DNA of 64,000 nt from Camelus ferus (lineage: Eukaryota): positions 35,900,001 to 35,964,000 of the forward strand of contig NC_045697.1 in assembly GCF_009834535.1 (NCBI RefSeq). The letters are read 5' to 3'. A program made the translations under genes and the position numbers. This document shows, one piece after another, positions 42,560 through 54,653 of the stretch (its first letter is position 1; each line of letters opens with the position of its first letter). The notes under the pieces are model-generated. The model saw only the letters and a program-made list of their open reading frames with translations. It ran no database searches and was not told the origin of the DNA.

Positions 42560-43290
42560 TAATTAAAACATACATACATGCATAAATCTTAAGTGAATTG
42601 TCACAGAACAGGCACACCTGTACAGCCACCACCCAGGTAGAGAAATAATAGAACTTTACTGCCATCACTGAAGTTCTCCCTCATGCTTCTCCCAATCAGT
42701 GTCCTCTCTCCCCCCAAGGGTAACCTCTCTTCTGACTTCTAAAACCATAGCTTAGTTTTGCCTAGGTTCTTTTTGTGTCTACATAAATAAAATCATGCAG
42801 CCTGTAACTCTTTTTCCTCCTGGCTTCTTTTGCTCAATATTATGTTTATGAGATTCAGCCATGTTGCTCAGAAAAGCTGTAGCTCATTAGTTTTTGTTGC
42901 TATATAGTGTTCCATTGTATGCAGACATCACAGTTTATATACAAATTCAACACTGACGGATATTTGACTCATTTCTAGGTTATTACCAGAAATTCTTCTG
43001 TGAATGTTATTGTATGTGTCCTTTGGTAAACACATGCACACATTTCTGTTGGGTATACACTTAGGTGTAAGTTGCTGGGTCATAGGGTATGCATGTGTTC
43101 AACTTGGACCAGTAATGCCAAACCTGTTTTTAAAGTGGTCATACTAACTTACATTTGCACTAGCAGCATCAGAGCTCTCCTTGCTTCACATCCTCCCTAC
43201 AGTTAGTATTATCAGGCTTTTTAACTTCAGCCATTTTGGTGACTGTATATATATATATCCATATATATTTGTATTTCATTGTGGTGTTGA
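42560..43290 (-). mobile_element. Old L1M 3' fragment
   Basis: CTGGCTTCTTTTGCTCAATATTATGTTTATGAGATTCAGCCATGTTG and GCTGGGTCATAGGGT type sequence. Confidence 0.75.
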
Positions 43291-46200
43291 AGTACTGTAT
43301 TTTAATTAACAACTAATTAAGTTTCCTTTTATAGCGGAACAGAGAGAACCATATATAACTTCATAATGCTCTTTAAAATATTTTTGATACTGAGTCCACA
43401 TCATCCTATTTCCTTTTAGACCCATCTCATGAGCAGTCTATGTCCCAACTAACATAAAACCAATAACATAGACATGTGAACCATCTAGCAAACAGAAGGA
43501 TTCATCAAATGTCTCCTCAAAACAAAGAAAGATAGAGAAATGAATAGTCAACAACTGTAAGCAACAACAGAAAAACAACCAGCTTTTAAAAAACGAAGGG
43601 TAAACTATAGAATAATTGAGTCTTACAGTTAGATTCATCTAATTCAACCAACTTGGAACCAGGAGAGGTTAAATAATTAAGACCCATACCAACTGTAAGC
43701 AAAGCCAGAACTAGAATTCTAGTCCATACACCCCTAGTCTTTTATAGGATACCCAAAATTTTACTCAATGTACTTTCTTAAGTCTAAAATTTCTCTTTAA
43801 ACTCAATTTAATTTCCCAAAGTATGGATTAATTTTGTAAGTGCACTTAGTTAACCATGAGAGAACCCTGTGTCCACATGTTGTAATTATAGAGCTGTGTT
43901 TTCTCTCTGACTAATTAGAAGACAACTTGACACTGAAATCCAATCCCAACAGAACATGCTATCCAGCTGTCACTCTTCAGAAAGACAAAAGTCTGTCTCA
44001 ATTCTCACTACTTTCTTTGCCAGCAAGTCAGGGCTTAGAGTTTTATAAAGCAATCCATATAAATATTCAACTCTGTCTTTCTCTGAGGACTCAAGGGGTC
44101 GGGGCACTAGTTCTGTAATGCGATAGCTTCCTTATAGGAAGATGTCACCGTTGACCCACAATCAGTAGACCGTGGACTTTGAGTTATGGCTCTTCACTCA
44201 TCCATACACATTCATCCAGAGCTTCTAGATGACAAATGACACACAACTGCAAATGTCTAGCCTCTGGCTACTGACGAAAATGTAACTAATTTATCCCTAG
44301 AAGGTTCATGGTTTGAGTCTCTGCTAACAGCATCAGAAAACCAGCTACAGACTCTCTCACCATCTTGGTCTGAGAAATAATAAGTTCTCCACTATTTCAC
44401 TGTGATATTAATTTAAGGTACTGTATCCCCTAAAATCAAAAGCCCCAAAGTGATGGCCCACAGACATATTTAGTTTAACCATCATGGTGTTTGAAGTCTA
44501 TTTGAATTAATGCCAACATCTGAAATCTAGAGAGTTCACATAAAAATTCAGATGATCAGAATTATCTCTTGAAATATCAGAAACTCTTGTCATTCGAGGA
44601 CCTCATTCCTGGTAACAGCCAGGAGAAGCTGACTGGGATGGCCGCCTTCAGTGGGAACGTGTCTCCCTAATTCATCAGTCTCCTATCTAGGCCTCTTCAC
44701 TCCTTTAGGCTGCCTTCGCAGCCCCCATAGACATTCGAATTGATGACTTCTGCCCTCATCAATTAGTATCAAGGCCAGGTTTCTGCTGGGAGCTCAGTGC
44801 CAGGGCTTTGGCAGCAACTTGAAGAATCTCAAAGCAGGCTGGGTATAATTCTGGTCCCCTGCGGGGCCCTGCTGGATTGCCTGATGCTGTCCTTTGCCAT
44901 GCCCTTTCCATGGGCTGGATGTTGGCACAATGCAGAGCTTCGCGGGCACACAATGGGGCTGCATTCATTCAGGGAGATCTGGGACTTCCGTTACGCCCCA
45001 GGAGCCTGATTGCCATTCTCTCTTCCCAAGTACATGGCAGAAAAATGCTGAGAGAAGTAGTTTAGCTTTCTCTAATCTGCAGAAAATTCAATTGGCAAGA
45101 TCTGCAAGTTTGGCTCTTCTTCTAAGCATCTGTATTTTTTACCCCTGTGAGTCAGTGCATTCAACAATGCTATTTAAAATTCAATAAATAAAGGCAAATG
45201 AAATTACAAAAATGGATCATCACTTTTATGGAAAACCAACTAAACAAATGTTTTGCTCAAAATGTCAAGCATTAGGGGACGTTAATAAAATACTGAAAGT
45301 GTGTTCTCTGGAGGAGATGAGCAATTCAAAAATGGGCCATATGATAACAGTGCTAAGGGATCCTTCAAGTACGAATGGCACCCCATTTCCTAATGGATGT
45401 GGAACCACACCTGATGTGATGGCACAGATCATGCAGTGGGAGCCTCTGGGGCCCAGGGGACCGCGGCTGTGCAGGATCTGAGGATATGGACCCGAGTAAC
45501 ACTGGTCCATGGGACTCCACGGGAGTGGTTAGTTAGACCCATGTGAGCCACATTGTACAGGATTTGCTGTTGTGAAGGTTTCCCGAGTTCTAATAACAAA
45601 AGGTATTCAGAATCCAGATTGTCCCAGCCAGGGTGCAGCACTGGAAGGCGTCCAGGACTGCACAGCACTACTCTTGTCTGCTGGGTCCTTCTTGAAGGAG
45701 CTCATTTATCCATCCTCTCTTTTCTTAAATTATCAGTGGTCATTGATCTTATGACCTTATTGTGAAGTAACTGCTCAGATGTGTACCTACTTGGTGCTTT
45801 GTCCCCAAGCTCTGAGGTCATCCCATAAAGCTCTCCATTCCATAGCTTTCATTCCATTTTAGAAATCCCTAGAGAAGTTTGTTAGAAATGCAGATTCCAG
45901 AGCTGTACTTCCGAAGATGCTGACCCAGTAGATCCCGGTGAGGACCAGGAATTTACATGTTAGTCAATGCCCCAGGGGATTCTGATAGCTATGATCTGTG
46001 GCCAGACTGTGAGAAATGCTGTCTCAGAGGGCTGATGCCAACATTTCATGATTCCATCTCCAGCATCAATTTTAAGGACATATTTTTGATGAAATGTAAA
46101 ACATAAAAATCTTGAATTCATGATAATATGAAACCACTGTATCATTATTGAGGCTGTATTACTCTGAAATTTCAGGGTGGGAGGGGAAGGCAAAGGAAGA

Positions 46201-46880
46201 GTTTATCCTGCTTTTCCCTTACGACTTATTTTTGGGGGTAATCAAATAGTGTTTGAGGGGAAAGTTGTTTTTTGTAGAAGTCCAGCTAGTAAATACACAA
46301 GGAATGATTTTTTTTAAATTTCTAATTGCTATTTTACAGCAATTAATAGAATAAAGAGATTAAGGAATGAACATAAGTGGAAACAAAAGCCATTCAGTGA
46401 AAGGGTAATGGCTAACTTGGTAGTGGAGGACACCACCTCAACCCACTTATGAAGCCTAGAAAAATGGGACAAGTGTGCCTTGTGATTTGACGCACCCAGA
46501 AACACTGACGTCTTCTTGCCCCCACATTCAATTTGAATCTCATCAAGCCAGTTAATAGAAAACAAACAAGTTAGATAAAAAGAAACAAGTTAATTGAGGA
46601 TAAAGAAACATGTTAAATGACCATAAGGGGAAACAAAAAGACGCATCCAGAATGTGGGTCATTTTACAGGACAGATTACCCTATTTCTACAACAAATCAG
46701 TTATCAGGTAAAAGGAGAATTTTGTTCAAATAAAAGAGACATAAAGACATAGCCAAATGCTATGTGCCGATCTTGTTTGGATTCTGATTGGGAAAAAAAA
46801 AAAACTGTAAAAAGAGTTTTGAGACAATCAGGAAAATCTGAATATGGACTTAGTATTAAATGATAATTAAAAAAAATAGA

Positions 46881-47011
46881 GGCAGGAGGGTATAGGATAT
46901 CTAGCTCAGTGGCAGAGCACATGCATAGCATGTACAAGGTCCTGGGTTCAGTCCCCAGTACCCTCATTAAATAAACACACCTAATTTCCTACCCCCCCAA
47001 ATTAAAAAAAA
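46881..47011 (+). mobile_element. tRNA-derived SINE (Vic-1-like)
   Basis: TAGCTCAGTGGCAGAG...GGTCCTGGGTTCAGTCCCCAG with an A-rich tail. Confidence 0.85.
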
Positions 47012-47796
47012 TTATCAGGTGTGATAATGGCATATAGTTATGCTTTAAAATGTTTTTTATCAACCTGGAAATGCACACTAAAATTTTTACAGGTGAAATG
47101 ACACCACATCTGGAGTAGGTGGGCAGAGGAAATGAGATTGGCAAAATATTACTAATTGCTGAAGATTGGTGCTGAGTGTGTGAAGCTTCTCCTTATTTGG
47201 GGGCATGCTTGGAATTTTCCATAATAAAAAGTTCCAAAAGTATACTTTAGTTGTAGGCACTCACCCCTTACAAGTCAGGCTAGGAGTCAAGAAGTTTAGG
47301 TTATTACTCAGGAATTAAACATTCCGTTCTACTGGTAATTCCCCTATAAATGCCCACTAAGTTTTCATATCCTGGAATCCATTTTTTTTTTCTCTCACAG
47401 CCCAAAAATCACTGGTGGTTTTTTGCCCCTGTTACCCTCTTCTGTAGTAGCTTAATGAGATGCACAAGGTAAATGGAACTCCATTTGCTACTTTGGCTGA
47501 ACGAGAACCATTAAAAGACCGTTAGGAGTATCACTCATCTATTAAGTAAAAGGAAACCCTTGTCATTAAATTAAAGGAAAACCACTCTTCATACTGAGGA
47601 GTTTTTGGTGTTTAAAATACACTATTTAGGTAGTGAAACAAATAACGAAAAAGTGTTGAAGCAAAAAGGGTTGTACTTTGTTGTAACCTATTTTTAGAGG
47701 AAAAGGGGAGCTCTCTTAGAGTATTTCCAACTTACTTTGTTCTTGGTCACCTAACAGAAAGTGGCTTCAGATTAAGGGTTAAAATTTCCTGAATCA

Positions 47797-48020
47797 CGGA
47801 GGGTGGAGGGTGGGAAGGGATAGACTGGGATTTCAAAATTGTAGAATAGACTACACTGTATAGCACAGGGAAATATACACAAAATGTTATGATAACTCAC
47901 AGAGAAAAAAACGTGACAATGAGTGTGTATATGTCCATGAATAACTGAAAAATTGTGCTGAACACTGGAATTTGACACAACATTGTAAAATGATTATAAA
48001 TCAATAAAAATGTTAAAAAA
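47797..48020 (+). mobile_element. Short L1 3'-end insertion with target-site duplication
   Basis: L1 3' UTR with AATAAA and A tail, flanked on both sides by TTTCCTGAATCA (47785-47796 and 48023-48034). Confidence 0.85.
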
Positions 48021-48744
48021 ATTTTCCTGAATCAAAAGGTAGTCCAATTAATCAATCCAAGTGCATTTGTAAATGTTGAGGACAATACTGTAAATATCGA
48101 TGCAGTAATTTAATTCTTAGAGGCCATTTGGCTTTCATATCCTTTAAAGCTAAATTTGGCTACTTCCCTCACTCCAGGGTGGCTAATTAACATCCACAAT
48201 TCCCACAGTGAAGGATGAGCATCATTTTTTCAGATGTCCATCTCCAACCCAGAAGACATCAGCCAGGGTATTAACTTAGGCCCTTTTTAGTTATTCTGTA
48301 AGTAATATTTCCAACTTTATTTCTAAAAAGTCTTGGTCAATAAACTACCAGTTGCTCTTACAGCTTTTCTGTGAAATGTCAAGCGCTATTAAAATCAAGA
48401 TTTAGGGACACCTAGCAGAGTTTCTCAAGGTGTATTCTGGGAATACCTGCATCAGAATCAGCTGGTGTCTTAAAATGCAGATTCCTGGGCTCCCTCTCAA
48501 GTCAGACTAAATCAGACTCCCCACTGATGGAGCCCGGAATTCTGCACCTTTAGCAAGTGTGCCCCGTAGTTCTTTTACCCACTAAGTCTGACAACCAAGG
48601 TTTCTCTCAGTCTTTGAGAAAAATAGAGGATAAAGACACAGGTGAACAGCAGCAGAAGGAAGCAATGAGGCAGCATGTGGAACACACCACAGGACCACTG
48701 ACCTGATATCTTCAGAAAGTCAAAGGCATGTCCACCAGCTGATA

Positions 48745-49170
48745 AACAGGTAAGCAAAACTTAGTACATCCAATTAATGGAATATTATTCAGCCATAAAA
48801 GGAATAAAGTCCAGCAGTGCATAGCACTTCTCTTGTTTGTTGGGCCTTGAAAACATTATGCTAAATTTAAAAAGCCAGAAACAAAAGACCGCATCTTGTA
48901 TAATTCCATTTACATGAAATGTCCAGAATAGGCAAATCCATAGGGACAGAAAGTAAATTAGTGGTTGTCAGAGGATGTGGGGAGGAGGGATGGGAAGTAA
49001 CTGTTAGTGGGTCAGAGTTTCTTTTTGGAGTGATGGACATGTTCTGGAATTAGATAATGGTGGTGATTGTACAATTCTATGAATACACTAAAAACTACTG
49101 AGTTGCACACATTAAAAGGGTGAATTTTATAGTATCTGAATTACATTCCCAAAACTTATTTAAAAAATTA
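48745..49170 (+). mobile_element. Old L1MB-like 3' fragment
   Basis: AATGGAATATTATTCAGCCATAAAA...TCCAGAATAGGCAAATCCATAG...GGTGAATTTTATAGTATCTGAATTA. Confidence 0.78.
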
Positions 49171-52100
49171 AAGGCATTGGAACAAAAAAATAGGAGGGCA
49201 TTTTTTTTTCTAGACTAAAAGGCTCAAAACAAATTCTGAAGACATAACTAAAATAATAAGTAAATCTTGTTTGAATTTTGATTCAGACAAACTGTAAAAG
49301 AGACATTTTTAGACAATGAGGGAAGTCGAACATGAACTTGTAATTACTGTTTATTTTCCTAGCAATCATGCTGGCATTGTTGTCAGGTATGATTATGTCT
49401 TCTCTTCTGAGATTAATACTGGAATATTGGGAGTGAAATAAGATCTTATCTTCTTTGACAAAGAAGGGAGATAAACAGAACAAGTATGAAAAATAAATGC
49501 TGGTTTTGGTTGATAGTTGTTGATTGGAAGATCAATACACAGGGACTTGTTGAATTCTATCTTTGTGCATATTTAGAAATTTTCATGATAAAAATTTAAG
49601 AATGAAGGAACTCAGGGCATCTTGATTATTTTAATTTGTTTTGATTCCAAAAATTTCAGTTGTACCTGCAATGTTAGGTTGAGACTGAGGGGCAAATATT
49701 AGAGTCACGTTCTTACATTTTAGATTTTCAGCAGGAAAAGGTCAAGGGGAGAATTGAGAATAATTCCATTAACTCAGAGAAATTAATGGACAGAACAGAA
49801 AGGCATTGAGCTCAGTTACTTGGTCATTTTTAAAAAAAGAGAAAAGCTATTCACACTCTTTCCTCAAAAGCCACTTTAAGTTCTAAGAGGATGAATTCTT
49901 GTTAACCAAATATGCAGTTGATATTTACTCTAAGCAATGAATTAATTTCATATCAAAATAAATTTTTACTTTCAGGCTAGGTGCTAGACTTAACATTTTA
50001 TTGTAGAGAACTTCCTAAGGTGATACAGTGCTTCAGAACCCAACTTTTTAATCTTTGTTAGAGATTTAGTTGTCTTAAAAACCTAATGCTACACACACAC
50101 ACACAATCCCACATACCCAACTTAATACTGAATCTTTGACCAGAGAATTAACCCAAATTACTACGTCTTTCTTACGGGAGCATGCTACCTGTTTTCAATC
50201 ACTGTTTTCAGTATTACAGAGTGTGGCCTATCTGCTTCATAATCAGATCCAATTTTCTTCTTAAATGTCACTTGGCATGATAACCCTTTTGCCAGCAAGT
50301 GAAATCACCTTGATTAGGAAATCCTCTTTGCCTGAGCATCAAAAATCTTGGACATATGAATTACAAACATTCTTTTTAGGTTATTGATACTGAGGAGGTT
50401 GTTTGCAGTGCCCTCTTCATGAAGAATTTCCATCTGGAATCTTTGTATTTCTCTTGAGTATCTCCCTGGTTTGTTTCTATTTTCTGATTTTTACTTTTAC
50501 TGCCAGGCAAATCAGAGCAAATTTTTTGGCTGTATTCCAGCAAGGATACAGAGTTTCATGGGTTGTATTTTGTGTACTAGCCTCAGACTTTATCTTATTT
50601 TCCCTGCAGTCCAATTTCCTCACTGTGTTTTTCAAATACCATTGTAATGTATTCTTGGAAACTACATTCACACTCTTTTTGGACTAAAATGGGATATAAA
50701 CAATGAATAAACAAAAGAATGAACAACAATAAATTGAAGAAAAGTTACAATACAAAAACAAATACAAAAAATATTACAAACAAATACAAGTCATTTTCAA
50801 GTTCATGGTTAATTCCATCTCCCTTTTAATATGTACCACTTCTTTCTTTATACATGGATGTCAAGCTCCCATCTGACATTTATCAACTATGAACGAGCTG
50901 AGTTTTACCACACAAATAGAATGAAGGGACTAAGAGGGCTTCAGATTTATTATTAGGATTTTTTCTGTTGGAAAACAACAAAAAAAAATGAATTTAAAAA
51001 AGGCCTGAAGAAGATACTGGGATTAATATTTCTGTGCAAGACAGTAAAAAAAAAAAAAAAAAAAAAAAGAAGAGGAACATGTGATATATAGTCCATCTCA
51101 AAGAGGGTGGAGAAAAGCAGTGTCAGACTGTTTCCAGATCACTTCCCAGCAGCTTTTATGTCCAGAGGGCTTAGTGGCTTCTCAGAGAGTGAAGCAACTG
51201 GCCATCTTTATGTTCGAGTCTGGATTTTAGGGAGACTTTCTGTGGGGTGACCCATCATTTCTAAGTATGTAAAACTAACCTCATTTTATATAGGCGAGAT
51301 TGCTGAGCATCAGAACTAAGCTTCTCCACCACCACAACTCCCAGATTTGGCTGAGACTTTCTGCCCACTTCTGGTAACTGGATCCATTGCCTAGCACCCT
51401 GTCAGGTCACTGGTGGTCCTGCCTGATCTTACCAAGCTCTTCCTACAGCCAGGGTCATGTTGAATCTCAGCTTGGTGACCCAGATGCTGCTCTCTGCTTT
51501 ATGTTTGGAAGACTGAGATGAGAAAGGTGAAGGGACAGCAAACTGGTGTTCCCTCTGCCATCTTAACCCATTTTACTGTAATCTGATGAATATCTGCCAA
51601 GTAGTGGCTGGCTGCTAGGATTATTGATAAATTGTATTACATTTCTTCCCACGAGATCATCTTAATCACATCCTTAAACCACAGCCTGCATCAGGTCCTA
51701 TCATCCCCTGTTTAAAAATGCTTGAACAGCTTTCCATTGTTCTCAGCATAAAACACAAACTCCTCCAGTGCCTCCTGCATGGTCTGGCCCCAATCCACTC
51801 TCTTTACAGGCCTCTCTGCTCCTACATCCTTAAGTTCCATTTACACTTTGGGGTCCTTAACAGGTCAAGCGCTTTCCCATTTCCTGTTCTTCCTCCAGGC
51901 TCTACTACAGGCAGGTCTTTGTGCCTGTAGACCCCCAATCCCCGAGATGCCTACCTCGATCAGCCAATCAAATGTAGGCCATTTGTTTCCCTTTCCACTC
52001 CACCCACCTGAGGAGAGCAGTGTACTATAGTGTTTTGAGGGGCTCTGCCTTCAAGCTTTTTGGGTTCGAACCCCAGATCCACCACTTGCTAGCTGCTTTG

Positions 52101-53013
52101 TGACTTTTGAAAGTTACTCAATATGTCTCACTTATCCCACCTAAAATGCTGGGATGATATTTTGAGGGTTAAATTTGTTAACGGTAAATTCTTTAAACAG
52201 TAATACAAGTTCTCATTTTAGCATAGACTCCAATTTTGATCCACTTACTTGTTTGCCAAGTTTGAGTCCACCACCTAGCCAAGGTTTATGGTGACTCCCG
52301 CTCCACTTCCGCCGCCTAGCTGATTACAGCCTACTTAGTGAACACTGTGAATGAATGAACACAGCGCATGTGGAGAGGAGGCTGGTCCTTCCAGATTTAG
52401 GAGGGATCATGAGGTGAGCTGTTCACGAAGACGTGGTCCTGGCCTCTCTTTAAGCTTACAGTTTAGCAGGACACGTTCTAAACACACACTAAACTGATAT
52501 AGTTGTAGGAAGGGAAATCTCTGGGTCCTGGCCCATCCCTGGGGTAACCGCTAGAGCCTCCCAAGGGGAGTTCGGAGGAAGACACCGGATCCCCGAGGGC
52601 CAAGGCCTGGGGAGGAGCCAAAACTTCTAGAGCTTCCGGGAAGGATGTTCCGCATAGGCTTGGCTCGTCCTCCTGGCAGGGAAAACCAGAAGGACCCGGG
52701 CGGGCAGAGACTGCGGGCACCAATGGCTGGGCCCGCACCGCCCTCCTCCGGAAACTCCCTGGGGATTGGCTGTCCGCACCCCCACCCCCCGCCCCTGCCG
52801 TCCACTCCTTGCTCCCCGCTCCTGTCCGGAGGCTTCCTGGGGATTGGCTGCCCACCCCGCGGCCCTCCTCCCGCCCCGCCCCGCCTGCAGTGTCTGCGCT
52901 GCACGCCAGTCACCGGCCTCAGTTTCGCAGACTTGAGCGGTAAGCGAGGGCGGGTGTGGCGGGTTGGGCACTCGCCTGGCATACAGGCCTGGATGGGGCT
53001 GGGCACGCCCCGT

Positions 53014-53142
53014 GTCCCCTCAAGCTTTGCCCGCCCGGAGCTCCGCTGCTCCCGGCGGCCAGAACGCAGGGGTAGAGCAGCCCTCGGCGGCCCGGGTGGG
53101 GCGGGCGATTGTGCTCGTCCCGGGGCCGCGTGAGGCACACAC
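53014..53142 (+). ncRNA. Candidate GC-rich H/ACA box RNA encompassing the miR-4449 hairpin
   Basis: Hairpin 1 (CCCCT...AGGGG), H box AGAGCA 53074-53079, hairpin 2, ACA 53137-53139 plus 3 nt. Intronic, about 130 nt. Confidence 0.55.
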
Positions 53143-53143
53143 G
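53076..53143 (+). ncRNA. MIR4449: miR-4449-like hairpin in DANCR intron 1
   Basis: CGTCCCGGGGCCGCGTGAGGCA (53116-53137) matches recalled human miR-4449 with about 2 differences. Stems GCGGCCC/GGGCCGC and GGGCGGGC/GCTCGTCC. Whether it is a true miRNA is doubtful (see findings). Confidence 0.65.
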
Positions 53144-53618
53144 CCGCGCGGGTCGCTTGGAGGTTTCCCGGAGAGCAGGACCAGCGCGGTAACAAGTTTG
53201 TGCTTTGCTTCCCCAGGGCAAAGCCGCCGCTACTTTGTAGCGGGTTCGGGGCCCGACCCCGGCTGCGGCAGTAAGAGCGGGTCTCGGACCCACTCTGGGC
53301 CTGGGAGTTTGTCTCCGACGTCTGCGGTGCAGCGGCCTGAGTTTTAAGCGCAGGTATGTCCGTCCTTGAGTGACGTGAAATGACTCGGTCCCGAGCACGT
53401 GGCCAATGGCCACCAGAGCGTTTCCAGGCACGTGCTTGGAGCAAAGGCTGGAATCCGGCTCTCCTTTAACAAAGGAAACGGATGTTCACAAGCAGAACAG
53501 CTGCTTCTAGTGGGTTTTCGGACTCGTTAAAAGAACTGCTGAGGTTCACGTATATTTACGGGAGGGGAGTTCAGGAAATCGTCGCGAACCCTGTGAAAAA
53601 CCCACATCGCCCTTTCCT

Positions 53619-53740
53619 GTGCCCTTTTAAGGCTGATGCAGTGCCTTAAGAGGCTAACACAGAAGGGTAAAGTAAGTCTCCATAAAACCCAGAGAAGAGA
53701 TTGTAGAACTCCTCTTTGGATCCTGTCTGGAGTCACAGCT
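53619..53740 (+). ncRNA. SNORA26: H/ACA snoRNA SNORA26
   Basis: 122 nt, two hairpins, H box AAAGTA (53669-53674), ACA (53735-53737) 3 nt from the end. The 3' pocket strands TAAAAC and CCTGTCT are complementary to 28S rRNA AGACAGGUUAGUUUUA. Near-identical to recalled human SNORA26. Confidence 0.95.
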
Positions 53741-53856
53741 GAACCAAAAGAAAATTTCATCTTAAGCACCTTTGTGCTTTGTGGTATTTTTATACAGTTA
53801 AAAGCAAACAGAGTGTCACGTTTAAACTTTACCTTTGATGATACCTTCAGGCCTGC

Positions 53857-53972
53857 TTTTTATTATTTTTTAAATGTTTTTCTTTGTTTTTAAATGGAGA
53901 TACTGGGGATTGAACCCAGGACCTCATGCGTGCTAAGCATGAGCTCTACCACTGAGCTATAGCTCCCACTCC
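53857..53972 (-). mobile_element. tRNA-derived SINE (Vic-1-like) in DANCR intron 2
   Basis: GGGGATTGAACCCAGGACC...CTCTACCACTGAGCTATA with a T-rich tail on the left. Confidence 0.88.
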
Positions 53973-54478
53973 TCTAGGCTGGCTTTTTAGACTCTGAGGA
54001 TACCATCTAGGGTTTTCAAATGGATAAGGGAATTTGAATACTTTTGTCGTCTTTGAAGGTGGAAAAAAAGCTAGCTGATGGGACATGTATACAAACGGCT
54101 TCTTCTGGACATCCTTTGAGACAAACTGAAAAGAATGTACCTCAAAGTGTTTTTTTTCTTCCTATTTGTTCAAAAAGGTAATTTAAGCCTTTGCTTTCCT
54201 TATATAGGTTGAAAACTACAGATACAAGCCATTGAAGCTGGAATGCACTGATGCTGGTATTTTAACTGACTTACACCAATTATCACTCTGCAGTTCTTAT
54301 ACGCAAGTGCCTCTAATGAAGTCAGCTAGCCTCACATACATAATATGGAGCAGCCACGTGTCTGCACTGGCACATGTGTTAGCGCAGTGGGGTAATGCTG
54401 CTGGTGAGAAGGCAGTGTAGCATGTGCTTTATTTTCATCTTTTCAGTTAGATTCTCACGACTCCATGAAGTTGATACA

Positions 54479-54653
54479 CAGCTGACCCTTAAGGAACATG
54501 GGTTTGAACTTTGTCGGTCCACTTATACACGGATATTTTTCTATAGTAAATACTGCAGTACTATACTGTCCATGGTTGGTTGAGTATGTGGATAAGGAGG
54601 GCCCACTGTAAATTATATCCAGATTAACCCCTGCCTTGTTGAAGGATCAACTG
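54479..54653. mobile_element. Tigger2-family MITE
   Basis: Inverted ends CAGCTGACCCTT ... AAGGATCAACTG, with internal GGGTTTGAACT...GGTCCACTTATAC. Confidence 0.78.

Larger units (their letters stand above)
52530..53600. promoter_or_regulatory. CpG island / DANCR promoter and 5' region
   Basis: CpG-rich. Two ATTGG (inverted CCAAT) boxes at 52765 and 52843, tandem GC boxes at about 52870-52884, and ETS-like CCGGAA sites. Confidence 0.88.
52885..54450 (+). ncRNA. DANCR: DANCR orthologue (lncRNA, snoRNA host gene). Exon 1 ~52885-52939, exon 2 53217-53353, exon 3 from 54208; 5' and 3' ends not determined
   Basis: Donors GCG|GTAAGC and CAG|GTATGT, acceptors ttccccAG and ccttatatAG. Exon 2 (CTACTTTGTAGCGGGTT) and exon 3 (AACTACAGATACAAGCCATTGAAGCTGGAATG) resemble recalled human DANCR. 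SNORA26 sits in intron 2, and the gene is divergent from USP46 as in human. Confidence 0.85.

Noticed and set aside
52478..53444. 297-aa and other ORFs over the DANCR promoter
   Set aside because: Same GC-rich artefact. No recognisable domain, and the splice signals and snoRNA indicate a plus-strand non-coding host gene.
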